Positions 47,918 to 58,202 are shown, counted from the first letter of the stretch. The stretch: DNA of 64,000 nucleotides from Bdellovibrionota bacterium (GCA_963668355.1 OY764265.1:1312001-1376000), one strand, 5' to 3'. Notes: a model not told the origin generated them from the letters alone. Numbers and translations: made by a program.

Positions 47918-48434
47918 GTTCCAAAGTTCGATAAATCGCGGGCGCTCGTTCTGGGTGGAAGTGTTGTGGCGAGTGGTCATGGCTGGGGTTTTCCAGAACC
48001 CGTTCTGTCCCTTTTATGCCCCGAAGAGGGGTTTGCTTCGACTCTTTGGTGCCAAAGTTGGCAAGGGGGTTTTGATCAAACCTCGCGTTACCATTACGTT
48101 TCCTTGGCGTCTCACATTGGGAGATCATGTGTGGATCGGTGAGGGCGTTTGGTTGGATAATTTGGCCAATGTGGAAATCGAGGATCATGTTTGCATTTCC
48201 CAAGGAGCCTATCTTTGTACGGGGAATCACGATTTTCGAGTCGAAGGATTTGATTTAAGGGTCGAGCCCATCATCTTGAAAAAAAGCGCTTGGGTTGGAG
48301 CTCAGGCTGTCGTGGGTCCCGGTGTGACCGTGGAAGAGGGGGCCGTCTTGTCCTTGGGGTCAGTAGCAACCCAGACCTTAGAGACAAGAGGGATTTATCA
48401 AGGAAATCCCGCGCGAAAAGTGGGTCAACGCTAG
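47889..48434 (+). CDS. wcaF: WcaF-like hexapeptide-repeat O-acetyltransferase
   Basis: LLRLFGAKVG.GV.IKP.V..TFPWRL..GDHVWIGE, SQGAYLCTGNHD, GNPA. Confidence 0.85.
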   Translation: MNSSLQNLSKFQSSINRGRSFWVEVLWRVVMAGVFQNPFCPFYAPKRGLLRLFGAKVGKGVLIKPRVTITFPWRLTLGDHVWIGEGVWLDNLANVEIEDHVCISQGAYLCTGNHDFRVEGFDLRVEPIILKKSAWVGAQAVVGPGVTVEEGAVLSLGSVATQTLETRGIYQGNPARKVGQR

Positions 48435-48435
48435 G

Positions 48436-49242
48436 CTATTTTTCTCTTTGACACAAAAGGTAATGGCTTCCAGGCCCAGTCGGAGAAAGCTCTTGGAGAA
48501 GGGCATCCACCGTATATAGAAAGGGGCAGATCAGGTTCGCACGTCTGTCAGATCCCGAAACTTTTTGACGGAACTTGCTCCAAAGCGTCAGATACCACCC
48601 CCACATCTTGGAAGAGCAAAGACGCATGGGGACATTCAGTGTGAAGAAAATGGGTTGGTAGCGAAGGGGCGTAATTTTATGTTTCCCAAATATTTCTTCG
48701 AATTCGGGTTTGGACCAATGCCTTTGGTGTCCTCCCTCGTACGGATATGGTTTCGGAAGAAAGTCGTCGGCAATGATGATGAATCCACCCGGTTTCGTGG
48801 CGTTCTTTAAGTTTTGGATGGCTTGTTCCAGGCCTTCCGGGGAAAGCACGTGATACAAAACGGAAATGCAAAAAGTCAGATCTGCGGGCTCAATCAGGGG
48901 GTCTAAGGGCTTGGTCAGATCTCCTGAGAAAAAGGTATAATCGGGGAAACGTTCTTTCAATTGAGAAACCGACGCAGGTACAAAGTCGATTCCCGTGAGG
49001 TTTTTTACGCCCCTGTTTTTACAAAAGCCTTCCAAAAAGCCCGCTCCAGCTCCGGCATCCAGAACTGACATGTTTTCATCCAAGCGGATTTGGGACTTGC
49101 GCAAAAGAACATTGAGTGCGGATGCGAAGGTTCGATAGAGCCAGTCGTTGTAGGCCGTTCCCATTCCGATGGATCCGGTGACGCTTAAATCCAATCGATT
49201 GGAAAAACGCTTTTTCCAGTAGTCTTGCGGATCAAAAGTCAT
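48436..49242 (-). CDS. Class I SAM-dependent methyltransferase
   Basis: VLDAGAGAG motif I, GIDF, VLYHV, KPGG. Confidence 0.88.
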   Translation of the reverse strand: MTFDPQDYWKKRFSNRLDLSVTGSIGMGTAYNDWLYRTFASALNVLLRKSQIRLDENMSVLDAGAGAGFLEGFCKNRGVKNLTGIDFVPASVSQLKERFPDYTFFSGDLTKPLDPLIEPADLTFCISVLYHVLSPEGLEQAIQNLKNATKPGGFIIIADDFLPKPYPYEGGHQRHWSKPEFEEIFGKHKITPLRYQPIFFTLNVPMRLCSSKMWGWYLTLWSKFRQKVSGSDRRANLICPFLYTVDALLQELSPTGPGSHYLLCQREK

Positions 49243-49301
49243 GCTTTTTAAGATTAGTCCATTTTTAGGATTACGCGAGCTTTCCGCTATAATTAGCTTT
49301 C

Positions 49302-50510
49302 GTGAAACTCCTTATTTTAGCGCACAAATTTCCCTACGCATCTTCGGAAGTCTTTTTGGAAAGAGAAATACGTGTTTTGGCGCAACATTTCGAAGAGATT
49401 CTCGTGGTTCCAACCTCACCCCTTACAACAAGTCAAAAACCTCTTTATGAAATTCCGGACAATGCCCGAGTCGAATTGGGGGTTTCTCAGTTTATTCATG
49501 AACGTGTGACGCAAGGCGGGATTTTAAGAAAGAATCTAGACACATTCACGGCCCAAGCTTTGCTTCTGAATGTTTTTCGCCTGGGCGTTCAGAATACACG
49601 CCTGATTTTAGGCGTATTGGGGGACGGATTATTGATCCGTGAAGCGCTTTTAAAGTGTGTTGATTTGGAGTCATTCAAAACGGGGTACGCCTTCTGGTCA
49701 GATTCGTTGGCGTTGGGTTTGGGGTTGCTGAAGCGAACGCATTCTCAACTGCATGTGGTGGCTCGTTCACATCGTTTCGACCTCTACTCTGAAGGCAAAA
49801 ACGTACCTTCTTTGCCCTTTCAAAAAGAGTGTATGAACCTCTTGGACCGCATCCATCCTTGCTCCAAAGAGGGGGAACAATACCTTCATAAAAAATTTCC
49901 CGAAGTGGCGCGTAAAATTTCCGTTCGTTACTTAGGCACGCTTTCCTCTTCTCGCTTGTCTCCCCATTCCCCAGATGGAATCCTTCGTTTGGTCAGTTGC
50001 TCTCATCTCATTCCTCGAAAGCGAACCCACCTCATTTTGGAAGCTTTGAAAAGCGTAACTCGAAAAGTGGAGTGGACTCATTTTGGGGATGGCCCAGAAA
50101 TGCAAACACTTCAAGTTTCTTGCAAACAACTTCCTCCTCAAATTCGTGCCCATTTTTTTGGAAACATCCAAAACGAAGATCTTTTGAAATATTATGAAAC
50201 GCATCCTGTGGACTTATTCGTAAATGCGAGTGAATCGGAGGGCGTTCCGGTCTCGATTATGGAGGCGATGTCCAAGGGCATTCCGTGTATTGGAACAGAT
50301 GTTGGAGGAATGAGGGAAATTGTAAATTCCGAAAACGGATACCTCATGCCAGCGGAATTTTCTGCCCAAGAACTTGCAGAAATTGTGCAAAATCACCCGT
50401 TGGGATCGAATGAATATCAAGAGGCCGCGCTACGCACGCAAAGAACGTATTTCGATGCGGAAAAAAATTACGCGAATTTTGCGCGAGAACTCAAATCCCT
50501 AGAGATTTAA
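49302..50510 (+). CDS. Glycosyltransferase family 4
   Basis: FPY..SEVF, HRFDLY, NASESEGVPVSIMEAMS. Confidence 0.88.
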   Translation: MKLLILAHKFPYASSEVFLEREIRVLAQHFEEILVVPTSPLTTSQKPLYEIPDNARVELGVSQFIHERVTQGGILRKNLDTFTAQALLLNVFRLGVQNTRLILGVLGDGLLIREALLKCVDLESFKTGYAFWSDSLALGLGLLKRTHSQLHVVARSHRFDLYSEGKNVPSLPFQKECMNLLDRIHPCSKEGEQYLHKKFPEVARKISVRYLGTLSSSRLSPHSPDGILRLVSCSHLIPRKRTHLILEALKSVTRKVEWTHFGDGPEMQTLQVSCKQLPPQIRAHFFGNIQNEDLLKYYETHPVDLFVNASESEGVPVSIMEAMSKGIPCIGTDVGGMREIVNSENGYLMPAEFSAQELAEIVQNHPLGSNEYQEAALRTQRTYFDAEKNYANFARELKSLEI

Positions 50511-50518
50511 AAAAGAGA

Positions 50519-51430
50519 TTATTCATTTCCCTGTGCGAATTCACATTTTCGACAGATGAAATCATTTGAAGACTCAGCAAGACCTCTAAGTTCTTTTCGA
50601 ACCCGAAAATAGGGTCGGTCAAAGTATATGTGTTTTAGAGAGTGTCGCGTGACATTTCCCAGCGTCACGGTGCGCCTCCAATCCATGCAACAGAGGATGA
50701 CATCTCCGTTGAAAAGAACGTGAAGATTGGAGACGTCGCGGAAATCGCTGCAACCTTTGAGCTGTCGGATGAATCGATCTTGTGGATATGCTCCGAGGTT
50801 TCCAGCCCGATCATGAATAAGCCTTTTGGTGACGTCGAGTCCCAACGACTCCCAATGTTGAATCGTTTTTTCAACCAAGTCTCCAGCGCGATTGGGCGCT
50901 ACATTCACTTGAATGCAAACGTTGGTTGGATAGTGTTTTTGGTATTGAGACAAGCTTTCCAAGTTTGAAATGACTTTTTCGAAATCGAGCTTGCTGACAA
51001 TGTTTTTGAATTCTTGGGGATCAGCGCTTGGCATGTTTACGACCAGCTCTTCCAGGCCGGCGGCCAAAGACTTCTCTCCGATCTCAGGCGTCATCAGGGC
51101 TGCGTTGGTAGAAAGGATTGGGGTTCCACCCAGCTTTTTTACATAGGCAATGCGTTCGGGCATGAGAGGGTCGACAAAGGGCTCATTCATTAAGTAAAGC
51201 GCAAATCGAGAGACTCCCAGTTGCCTGGCACCGCATACCGTTTTTTCGAAAACCTCCGGAGTCATTTTTCCCATCGAGACTTCTTGAGAAACGACGGGAT
51301 ATGGACAGAAGTCACAGTTGGCATTGCAAACGGACGTGGTTTGAATCTGAATGGTTTTGGGAAAAGTCCGATTCAGAAGACGGTATAGCCACGGATGGCT
51401 AAATTTGATTTTTTGTTTGATTCCCATCAA
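50519..51430 (-). CDS. Radical SAM enzyme with SPASM/twitch domain
   Basis: CNANCDFC (CxxxCxxC), MNEP, STNA; C-terminal C...NGDVILCC.D...LGN...CRKC. Confidence 0.9.
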   Translation of the reverse strand: MMGIKQKIKFSHPWLYRLLNRTFPKTIQIQTTSVCNANCDFCPYPVVSQEVSMGKMTPEVFEKTVCGARQLGVSRFALYLMNEPFVDPLMPERIAYVKKLGGTPILSTNAALMTPEIGEKSLAAGLEELVVNMPSADPQEFKNIVSKLDFEKVISNLESLSQYQKHYPTNVCIQVNVAPNRAGDLVEKTIQHWESLGLDVTKRLIHDRAGNLGAYPQDRFIRQLKGCSDFRDVSNLHVLFNGDVILCCMDWRRTVTLGNVTRHSLKHIYFDRPYFRVRKELRGLAESSNDFICRKCEFAQGNE

Positions 51431-51447
51431 GACTTCTCTTCTTTCGA

Positions 51448-51477
51448 ATTATACGGAAAACACGTTTGAATACGCAA
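51448..51477 (-). promoter_or_regulatory. Putative sigma70 promoter for the radical SAM gene
   Basis: TTGCGT(51477-72)-N18-TATAAT(51453-48). Confidence 0.5.
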
Positions 51478-51495
51478 TCGCTTTGGCGAAGTTCC

Positions 51496-52791
51496 TTAAA
51501 AGCGTATGCGTAATGCAGAAAAATTAAAAAGATTTTGGAAGTCCGATTTTCGATAACGGAACACCGTGAAAAAAGATTGTTTCGTGAGACGCAAGTAGCT
51601 AACCAACAAGATCGAGGATAAAGCGATGTAGTTGGCGGAGGTTGCAATGGCCCCTCCAGTCAATCCGTAACGCGGGAGGGCGAACGTCAGTCCCAAAATA
51701 TAGAGCGGAAGTGTGACGAGAAGGGGCCAATTCACCGTCCAAATTTTCCCCTCTCCAGACAAATGGGCAGAGACAAGTTTTCCCATGCTCAAAAACGCAA
51801 TGCCTGGGAGTAGCCAAATTAAAATTTGAGAGGCTTCCAGGTATGGAGAGCCGTAAAGGAGCTGAATTAAAGGTTTGGAGAGGATAAAGATTCCTAAGCA
51901 GAGAAAAAGGGTGATGAGAAGCCCGGCTCTGACAATGAGGTTGGTTCGTTCTCGACTGGATTCCTTTCCTCCAGCCCGTGAAACCCTGGGCAGCAGGACC
52001 GTGCTTGTGGAGTTGGTGATATCCAAAATCCGTTCTGTTAATAAGACCGCCAGGGAAAATATTCCGAGGGCGGCTGGGCCAAGATAGTCGGTGATGAAAA
52101 AGTAGCTGATGCGGTACGTCCCATAATTGGCAATCATCCCAATATAAGCCAACATGCCTAAGGACATCACGGATTTGAAGGAGACCCATCTGCATCCAAA
52201 TGCCCAAACCGGGGGAGCTAAGCGTAATAGGAAAGTGCTTTGCACGACGTAAGAAAGTGCAACCGCCACAAAAGCGACAGATAAGTTCAGGTGATCGACG
52301 AAAAATGCAGCGGCGATGATCAAGGCTCGGGTCGCCTGAACGGCCAGGCCCGCTCGATTCATATCCGTGATTCGGTTTTCTGCGTAGATGATTGAGACCC
52401 AAAGGTGATTGAGGATCGCTAGAAAGACCACTCCCATTAACGGAAATCGAATCGTGACATAAATCCCAGTGGTTTTTTCATCCATATGGATCCAGAAATA
52501 GTAAAACACGGATGCCCATGCGATGATCGTGGAGACCAAGACAATCGATTGAATGACCCGTTTTAGTTCTCGGATATCAATTTTGCCTGCGCCCAGGAGA
52601 TAAACCGCTGAAGTTCCGATGCCGAAGTTGGCAAATGTGGGAAACAACCCAATGATGAAGACGATATAGGCCAAGACCCCCCTTTGTTCTGGGCCTAAGG
52701 CGCGATACGTTAAGATGCTCGTACCAATCCCCAGGGCCAAGGAGGCCATTCGATAGAAGAGTGTGGAGAGAACGAGGGATCGAAAATTCAT
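51496..52791 (-). CDS. wzx: Wzx-type oligosaccharide flippase
   Basis: About 12 TMs; RALGPEQRG, LGPAALGIFSLA, LLPRVS, LYGSPY, PRYGLTGGAIAT. Confidence 0.85.
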   Translation of the reverse strand: MNFRSLVLSTLFYRMASLALGIGTSILTYRALGPEQRGVLAYIVFIIGLFPTFANFGIGTSAVYLLGAGKIDIRELKRVIQSIVLVSTIIAWASVFYYFWIHMDEKTTGIYVTIRFPLMGVVFLAILNHLWVSIIYAENRITDMNRAGLAVQATRALIIAAAFFVDHLNLSVAFVAVALSYVVQSTFLLRLAPPVWAFGCRWVSFKSVMSLGMLAYIGMIANYGTYRISYFFITDYLGPAALGIFSLAVLLTERILDITNSTSTVLLPRVSRAGGKESSRERTNLIVRAGLLITLFLCLGIFILSKPLIQLLYGSPYLEASQILIWLLPGIAFLSMGKLVSAHLSGEGKIWTVNWPLLVTLPLYILGLTFALPRYGLTGGAIATSANYIALSSILLVSYLRLTKQSFFTVFRYRKSDFQNLFNFSALRIRF

Positions 52792-52866
52792 GGTTTCAGG
52801 ACTTCATTCTAGCACTACCTTTCAATTTTTCTCACTTCTGTCGCAATTCGCGATATTTTAAAGGTC

Positions 52867-53985
52867 GTGAATCGTCGAAAACCATATTTGGTTCTTCTTT
52901 CGTCCGGTTTGGACGACATCCTTCGAGGACAGGAGACCGCAACCCGGATTCTGTTTGAGGCCTTGAAACGAGAAGCTCTTTCTTCCGTGACCCCTTTGCT
53001 TTTGAAGCGAGATGGGCCGAAAGCCGAGGACGAGGTTAGGTTATTCACCCCTCGCCGTTCCAGTTGGTTGGCAAGGGTTTTAGGGCGCGTGCGGGGGTCG
53101 CGTTTCTATTGGGCTCAGGTGTGTTTTGCTTGTGTGGCAATTCTTTTTTTGGCTCTCGGGCGTAAAACTTGTGCAGCCCTAATCACATTGGACCCCATGG
53201 TCTTGAAAGTGATCTGGGCGTTTCGGAGTTTCTTAAAGGGTCATCCTCCCATTGTTTTTATTCATGGCGTTCGAATGGAGCCTCATAGCTATGCGACATA
53301 CTGTGATGTTTTGATCGAGGTAAACCAGGAAAACCATGATCGTAGCTGTGCTGCGGGGTTTCAATCAAAAGCTCATTTAATTCCCCATTTTGAGTTTCAG
53401 TCCTCCACTTCGGAAGAAGGCCCTCCTCCATCCTCTTTAAGAGAGGAGTTGAAGATTGAAACGGAGAAGGTTCTGTTGGGCGTGGGGGTCGTAGATCGAA
53501 CGCAGAAGCGAGCTGACTATTTGATTCGGGAAGTGAGTCAACTGGGGACAGAGTGGACCCTCCTTCTTTGCGGATCGGTCACCGAACCGGAGATCTTGGA
53601 GTTTGGAAAAAAGAAGCTCGGAAATCGATTTCGCCATTGCGTTCTGCGTCCGGAAAGAATGGGTGAAGCTTACGGTTTGGCGAATCTTTTTGTTTTAGGG
53701 TCGTTGGACGAGGGCTTTGGATTGGTTGTGATGGAAGCGATGAAGTATGGCTGCCCGGTTCTTGTTCATCGGAGGAAGCATTTTCTTTGGCTGGTGGGGG
53801 ATGAGGACCAAACCGCCAATCTTCAGGAAAAAGGGGCGATCAAAGCCTGGTTGGAAGATCCTTTGAAATCAGACGCATTTCTAAACATGAAAGGGGACAT
53901 GAATCGGTTGGCCTTTCAGGAACGATTTACGTGGGAACGGGTTCGAAGCCAATATTTACGTGTGTTGGGTGTTATGGAGAAATAG
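52867..53985 (+). CDS. Glycosyltransferase family 4
   Basis: RGQET, QKR, SLDEGFGLVVMEAM. Confidence 0.83.
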   Translation: MNRRKPYLVLLSSGLDDILRGQETATRILFEALKREALSSVTPLLLKRDGPKAEDEVRLFTPRRSSWLARVLGRVRGSRFYWAQVCFACVAILFLALGRKTCAALITLDPMVLKVIWAFRSFLKGHPPIVFIHGVRMEPHSYATYCDVLIEVNQENHDRSCAAGFQSKAHLIPHFEFQSSTSEEGPPPSSLREELKIETEKVLLGVGVVDRTQKRADYLIREVSQLGTEWTLLLCGSVTEPEILEFGKKKLGNRFRHCVLRPERMGEAYGLANLFVLGSLDEGFGLVVMEAMKYGCPVLVHRRKHFLWLVGDEDQTANLQEKGAIKAWLEDPLKSDAFLNMKGDMNRLAFQERFTWERVRSQYLRVLGVMEK

Positions 53986-55066
53986 CTTTTTTGTAAATGC
54001 GTTCCAGATTCTTAGAGAGGCAATTGGGGTGGAAACGTCTGAGATACGTCTGGCGCGCTTCTCGTTTGATTTGGTTTAATTGCTCTGGGTGTTCCATCAA
54101 GGAGACAATGGCTTGGGCCAGAGATTCCTCCAGTTGGCGTTCAACGGTGGGATCGAAGATCATTCGGCCTTCGTGTGTCACGGGACAGGGCAAAAGAATG
54201 CCGTCGACATCTTGAGTGATGATTTCTGGCAAAGCGCGAATCTTTGTGGCGATGGGGGCCAGTCCGGAAGCCATTCCTTCGATGACGGATCCTCCGTAAG
54301 AATCGTCGAATGTGGGAAGCAAAAGAATGTCGCTGCGAGACAAAATTTCTCTCACTTTGGAATTGGGAAGTCCTTCTTGATGATTCACGCCCAATGCCGC
54401 CATCTTTTCTCTCCATTTGATTCCAGAGCCCGGCTCCACAGGAAAAACATAGTTGCCTTCTTGCATTTTGGAAATCACAGTGAGGGTAACCGGATGGCTT
54501 TTCTTCAGGCGGGCGAACGCTGATACCGCAATGGTCCCACCTTTTCGAAAAAATTCATTGCCAACAAAGACCAGGTCGATGGATCTTTTTGTGGAAGGTG
54601 AGGTCAAAACCTCTTGGAAATGACCCTCTGGGATACCGGGATCCACCACTTCGGCCTTTTTCATGACTTGATCGAGGTTTGGATCATCCGAATTTCGAGT
54701 TCGCATATGCAATAAAGTGTTTTCGCTCATGGCCAAGATTCTTAAGCAGTGGGGAGAAGCCAATCGTTTGAGCAGGAAACGCCGCCAGGGATCGCAATCC
54801 CACACTCGGGGAAAAACCGATTCCGCAGAAACGATCCACGGGTGACGATTTAAAGGAATCATATTGAAGGTGTGAAAAAAGTCACAGGAGTGGGGAGGAG
54901 GAAAATAAGTGGTGGCTGAGATGGTTTTTCGAGCCCAGGGGTGAAGTCGACCGAAAACATGGAGGGGAAGTTTTCGCTGGGGAACATATTGACATCCATT
55001 TACGTTCACATCTCCAAACAGCCAAGCTGAGCCATAATCTTTTTGAGCTATCCCCACACGAATCAT
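53972..55066 (-). CDS. Glycosyltransferase family 4
   Basis: FVGNEFFRKGG, LPTFDDSYGGSVIEGMA; ATG 55066 coupled to the upstream stop. Confidence 0.85.
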   Translation of the reverse strand: MIRVGIAQKDYGSAWLFGDVNVNGCQYVPQRKLPLHVFGRLHPWARKTISATTYFPPPHSCDFFHTFNMIPLNRHPWIVSAESVFPRVWDCDPWRRFLLKRLASPHCLRILAMSENTLLHMRTRNSDDPNLDQVMKKAEVVDPGIPEGHFQEVLTSPSTKRSIDLVFVGNEFFRKGGTIAVSAFARLKKSHPVTLTVISKMQEGNYVFPVEPGSGIKWREKMAALGVNHQEGLPNSKVREILSRSDILLLPTFDDSYGGSVIEGMASGLAPIATKIRALPEIITQDVDGILLPCPVTHEGRMIFDPTVERQLEESLAQAIVSLMEHPEQLNQIKREARQTYLRRFHPNCLSKNLERIYKKAISP

Positions 55067-56736
55067 GGCGTTGCCTCCGGGCTTAAAAATTTTTCTCCCT
55101 TGCGTATCCATACCTCATGTTTAGCTATTCCATAGCCTTTCAAAGGGGATGGAGAGTACTCGTCTTTGAGTTGGTTGAGAAAGCCACTCTTCAAAAGGTC
55201 ATCGCTTAAAAGCTGTGCGTTTTTCGGCAAAATCCATCGTGGCACGGCCTGAAACGTGGAATGTGAAACGCTTTTCTGATTTTCCAAAGAGTAAAAGGAA
55301 CAAGGTAGATGGTAGGCCAAGCGCATCCGATAGATACCCAAAGTCTTGTCGTTGATACAAAAAGAGGGAAGGAGTTTTTCAAGCTTGGAGGTTTCTCGGC
55401 TGGCGAGTGATCGTTGGCTGTACGCATGGATGTATTCACCCAGGCCGGTTGCCAGTAAAGAAGCAAGCGCGACGCCTATTCCCGCCATCAAAAGGGACGG
55501 TTTGGATTTTACGAAGAAGATCAGAATGACGGCAATGGAAAGGAATAGAGCCAAAGCTTGATGGGCGTCCATGGAGAAAGAACCCAAGGGAATTTCAGGC
55601 AGTTCTTTTCGGTGGAAAAAAAGATAGCCCAAAAGAAGGAAGGCAAGAATGAATGAAAAGATCGAGATCATCACTTTTAGCGGTCGATCAACGGCCGAGA
55701 AAAAGTAAGCCGTTAAAATGACCAACAAAGGCAGCGCGGGATCCCAGTAACGAACCACGCGAATCTTGCTGGCCAGTAGGGGAACGGCAATGCACAAGAG
55801 AGGAATCAGAAGATACATCAGGGATTGACGATGTTTTTCATCTCGGAAGATCTTTGTTGCTCCAGCCAATGAAAAAAGGAAAAGGGGCATGCTGATATAA
55901 GCCGCAGAGAAGAGAAGATATTTGATCCAGGAATACTCTCCCACAGGACTTGCATAATGAGCTTCCTTTCCTTGCATTCCCCGAAGTACGAATAAAAGGT
56001 TGTTTTGAACTTCAGCCCCAAGGGAGGTTGCATAGAGGGTCCAAAGGTAAAAACTGAGAAGCGAACCCAGACAAGCTAAACCTAGCGCTGCAGCAACGGA
56101 TCGCCAGGAAATGCCAGGGTTTGAAATTAAAAAAGCCGTTGTGAGACAGATGGAGGCTAGAACGGCCAACGCGCAAGGGAATTTAACCCAAGGGGCGAGA
56201 AGGAAGACGAAAAATAACCATCCCCAAGGTCGATTGAAAAAAGAGGAGGTGTGAAAACTTTGATGCCAACGTCGAGTGAGCCAGAGGATGAGAAGAAAGA
56301 AGAATGTGTAGGGTAGGTCTAACTCCGCTGTGGCGGCCTCTACTTGGAAAAAAAGAAGCACGCAAAAAACGAGGCTCACCCAAAGGTCGATGTGTTTACC
56401 CGGGAACAAGTCCTTGGCCATTCTTCCGGTCAGCCAAATCGTAGGCAAAACCCACAACAGGAGATGAAATAGGCGAAGTCCGAGCAGAGAGTCCCCTGTG
56501 AGGGAGATCCAAAACGAGTTCAAACCGACGACCAAATAAGGATGAAAAACCAGGAAGTATCCGTCAGGAAACAACTCCAAATACGGTCGCCCATGCTGAG
56601 TGAACGCTTTTGCAAAGTTTCGATATAAGCTTTCGTCATAAGGAGAAGGAATCCAATATGTGAGGAAAGCCACGCTTGCGAGGAAGATCAGAAGGAAAAG
56701 AATTTTCCAGTTTTTCTGTCGGAGGGGTGATGTCAT
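55063..56736 (-). CDS. GT-C fold (ArnT/PMT-like) membrane glycosyltransferase
   Basis: YDE after TM1, HPY, GLRL, ELD, VK, RYW.P.LP; about 13 TMs; short C-terminal soluble domain. Confidence 0.7.
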   Translation of the reverse strand: MTSPLRQKNWKILFLLIFLASVAFLTYWIPSPYDESLYRNFAKAFTQHGRPYLELFPDGYFLVFHPYLVVGLNSFWISLTGDSLLGLRLFHLLLWVLPTIWLTGRMAKDLFPGKHIDLWVSLVFCVLLFFQVEAATAELDLPYTFFFLLILWLTRRWHQSFHTSSFFNRPWGWLFFVFLLAPWVKFPCALAVLASICLTTAFLISNPGISWRSVAAALGLACLGSLLSFYLWTLYATSLGAEVQNNLLFVLRGMQGKEAHYASPVGEYSWIKYLLFSAAYISMPLFLFSLAGATKIFRDEKHRQSLMYLLIPLLCIAVPLLASKIRVVRYWDPALPLLVILTAYFFSAVDRPLKVMISIFSFILAFLLLGYLFFHRKELPEIPLGSFSMDAHQALALFLSIAVILIFFVKSKPSLLMAGIGVALASLLATGLGEYIHAYSQRSLASRETSKLEKLLPSFCINDKTLGIYRMRLAYHLPCSFYSLENQKSVSHSTFQAVPRWILPKNAQLLSDDLLKSGFLNQLKDEYSPSPLKGYGIAKHEVWIRKGEKFLSPEATP

Positions 56737-56792
56737 CAATCCATGCCAATCTTTACAAAAAATACTAAAATAGCCCACCAAAGCTTGCATCT

Positions 56793-58202
56793 ATGGATTC
56801 CTCGAAACCAAAATATCTCTCCTCTCCATCTTCGCGGAAACGGGTTCTGTGCATTTTTTATCATTTTGCACCTTCGGCCATGCCGGGAGCCAAGCGTTTG
56901 GAGGCGATTTATGAGCACCTATCCTCTTTTGGGTGGGAGCCGCACGTCATCACGGTTCCTGTGGAAGAACATGAACGAGCCTATTTAGAAAATCGCTTTT
57001 CAGGGGACCCCCGAATTACGCGCGTTCCAACGCGGGAGCCCAAGCGTTTCATTGCATGGGCTCGTCGCTTTCGGATCATGAGGCTGTTTTGGACGATGTT
57101 TTATCCTTGGTTTTGGGACAAGCAGGCCAGGTGGATCAAAGAGGTCATTCCAAAGGCCAAGGAACTCCATGAAACACATCAATTTGACGCACTGATTACG
57201 AGTTCATGGCCTCCGACGGCTTCTCGAATTGGACGAAAATTGAAAAACGAACTGAAACTTCCTTGGGTTTGCGACAATCGCGATCCCTATGTGGGGGCGC
57301 CCATATCCGTTTGGCCGACCTATTTTCACTTTCTTTTTATGCGCTGGATGGAGCGGAGATGGTTAAGGCAGGCCGACTCGATTGTCTGCGTGACGGAAAC
57401 CATGAAACGGGACCTCCTTGTTTTGCATCCCGATGTGTCTGCTGAAAAAATTCAAGTCATTGAAAACGGATATCCTTCGACATTGATCGAACAAGTTTTG
57501 ACTGAACTCCAGTCGGAAGAGGATGTTTTTCGAATTGTCCATTCTGGAACTTTGCGTTTTGAATCGCCCCATCAACCCTTTCGGAAGCGCGGTTGTGTTA
57601 GGTATTTGTGGGATTTTCAACACCAAAATTATGACTTTAGGACCCGTTCTCCCCTGCTTTTGTTCCAAGCACTCAAGCAAATCAAAAATGAATATCCAGA
57701 GCTGTTTCAAAAAATTCGGTTTGAGGTTGTGGGTTGGAGTGATCCACGGAATTTTGATTTGGCTAAAGAGATGGAGGTTGAGTCTGCTGTGGACTTCGTG
57801 GGTCCAGTGTCTTACGAAGATTCCCTTAAGTATGTGGCGAGGGCATCTTTGCTTTATTTGCCTTTGGAAAAGCGCTTGGATGGAAGGCCCACGGCATTCA
57901 TGAGTACGAAGTTATACGAATATGCAGCGCTGAAGCGTCCCATTTTGATGGTTTCGAATCCTTGTGAAGCAAGTAAGTTCTTGGAGGAGATTGATGGTGG
58001 GTGGGTCGTCCCGTTTGGAAATGTGAAGACGGTTTGTTGTTTACTCGTCGGACTTCTTCAATCTTCGGTTCCCCTTCCAAGGCCTCGAAAGGAAAGAATC
58101 CAAAGGTATTCCAGAGAAATTTTGACCCAAGAATTTGCGGAGATTTTATCGTCGATAACGGCGTCTCCTCGGGGTGGAGAGGAGAAACGAGCCCATGACT
58201 AG
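56793..58202 (+). CDS. Glycosyltransferase family 4
   Basis: YHFAP...GAKR, TSSWPP, DNRDP, STKLYEY..LKRPIL. Confidence 0.85.
   Translation: MDSSKPKYLSSPSSRKRVLCIFYHFAPSAMPGAKRLEAIYEHLSSFGWEPHVITVPVEEHERAYLENRFSGDPRITRVPTREPKRFIAWARRFRIMRLFWTMFYPWFWDKQARWIKEVIPKAKELHETHQFDALITSSWPPTASRIGRKLKNELKLPWVCDNRDPYVGAPISVWPTYFHFLFMRWMERRWLRQADSIVCVTETMKRDLLVLHPDVSAEKIQVIENGYPSTLIEQVLTELQSEEDVFRIVHSGTLRFESPHQPFRKRGCVRYLWDFQHQNYDFRTRSPLLLFQALKQIKNEYPELFQKIRFEVVGWSDPRNFDLAKEMEVESAVDFVGPVSYEDSLKYVARASLLYLPLEKRLDGRPTAFMSTKLYEYAALKRPILMVSNPCEASKFLEEIDGGWVVPFGNVKTVCCLLVGLLQSSVPLPRPRKERIQRYSREILTQEFAEILSSITASPRGGEEKRAHD

Noticed and set aside
51599..52402. 267-aa alternate-frame ORF inside wzx (similarly 59509..60123 and 19224..19835)
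   Set aside because: Fully nested in well-supported genes; His/Arg/Pro-rich non-protein-like composition; no recognisable domain.
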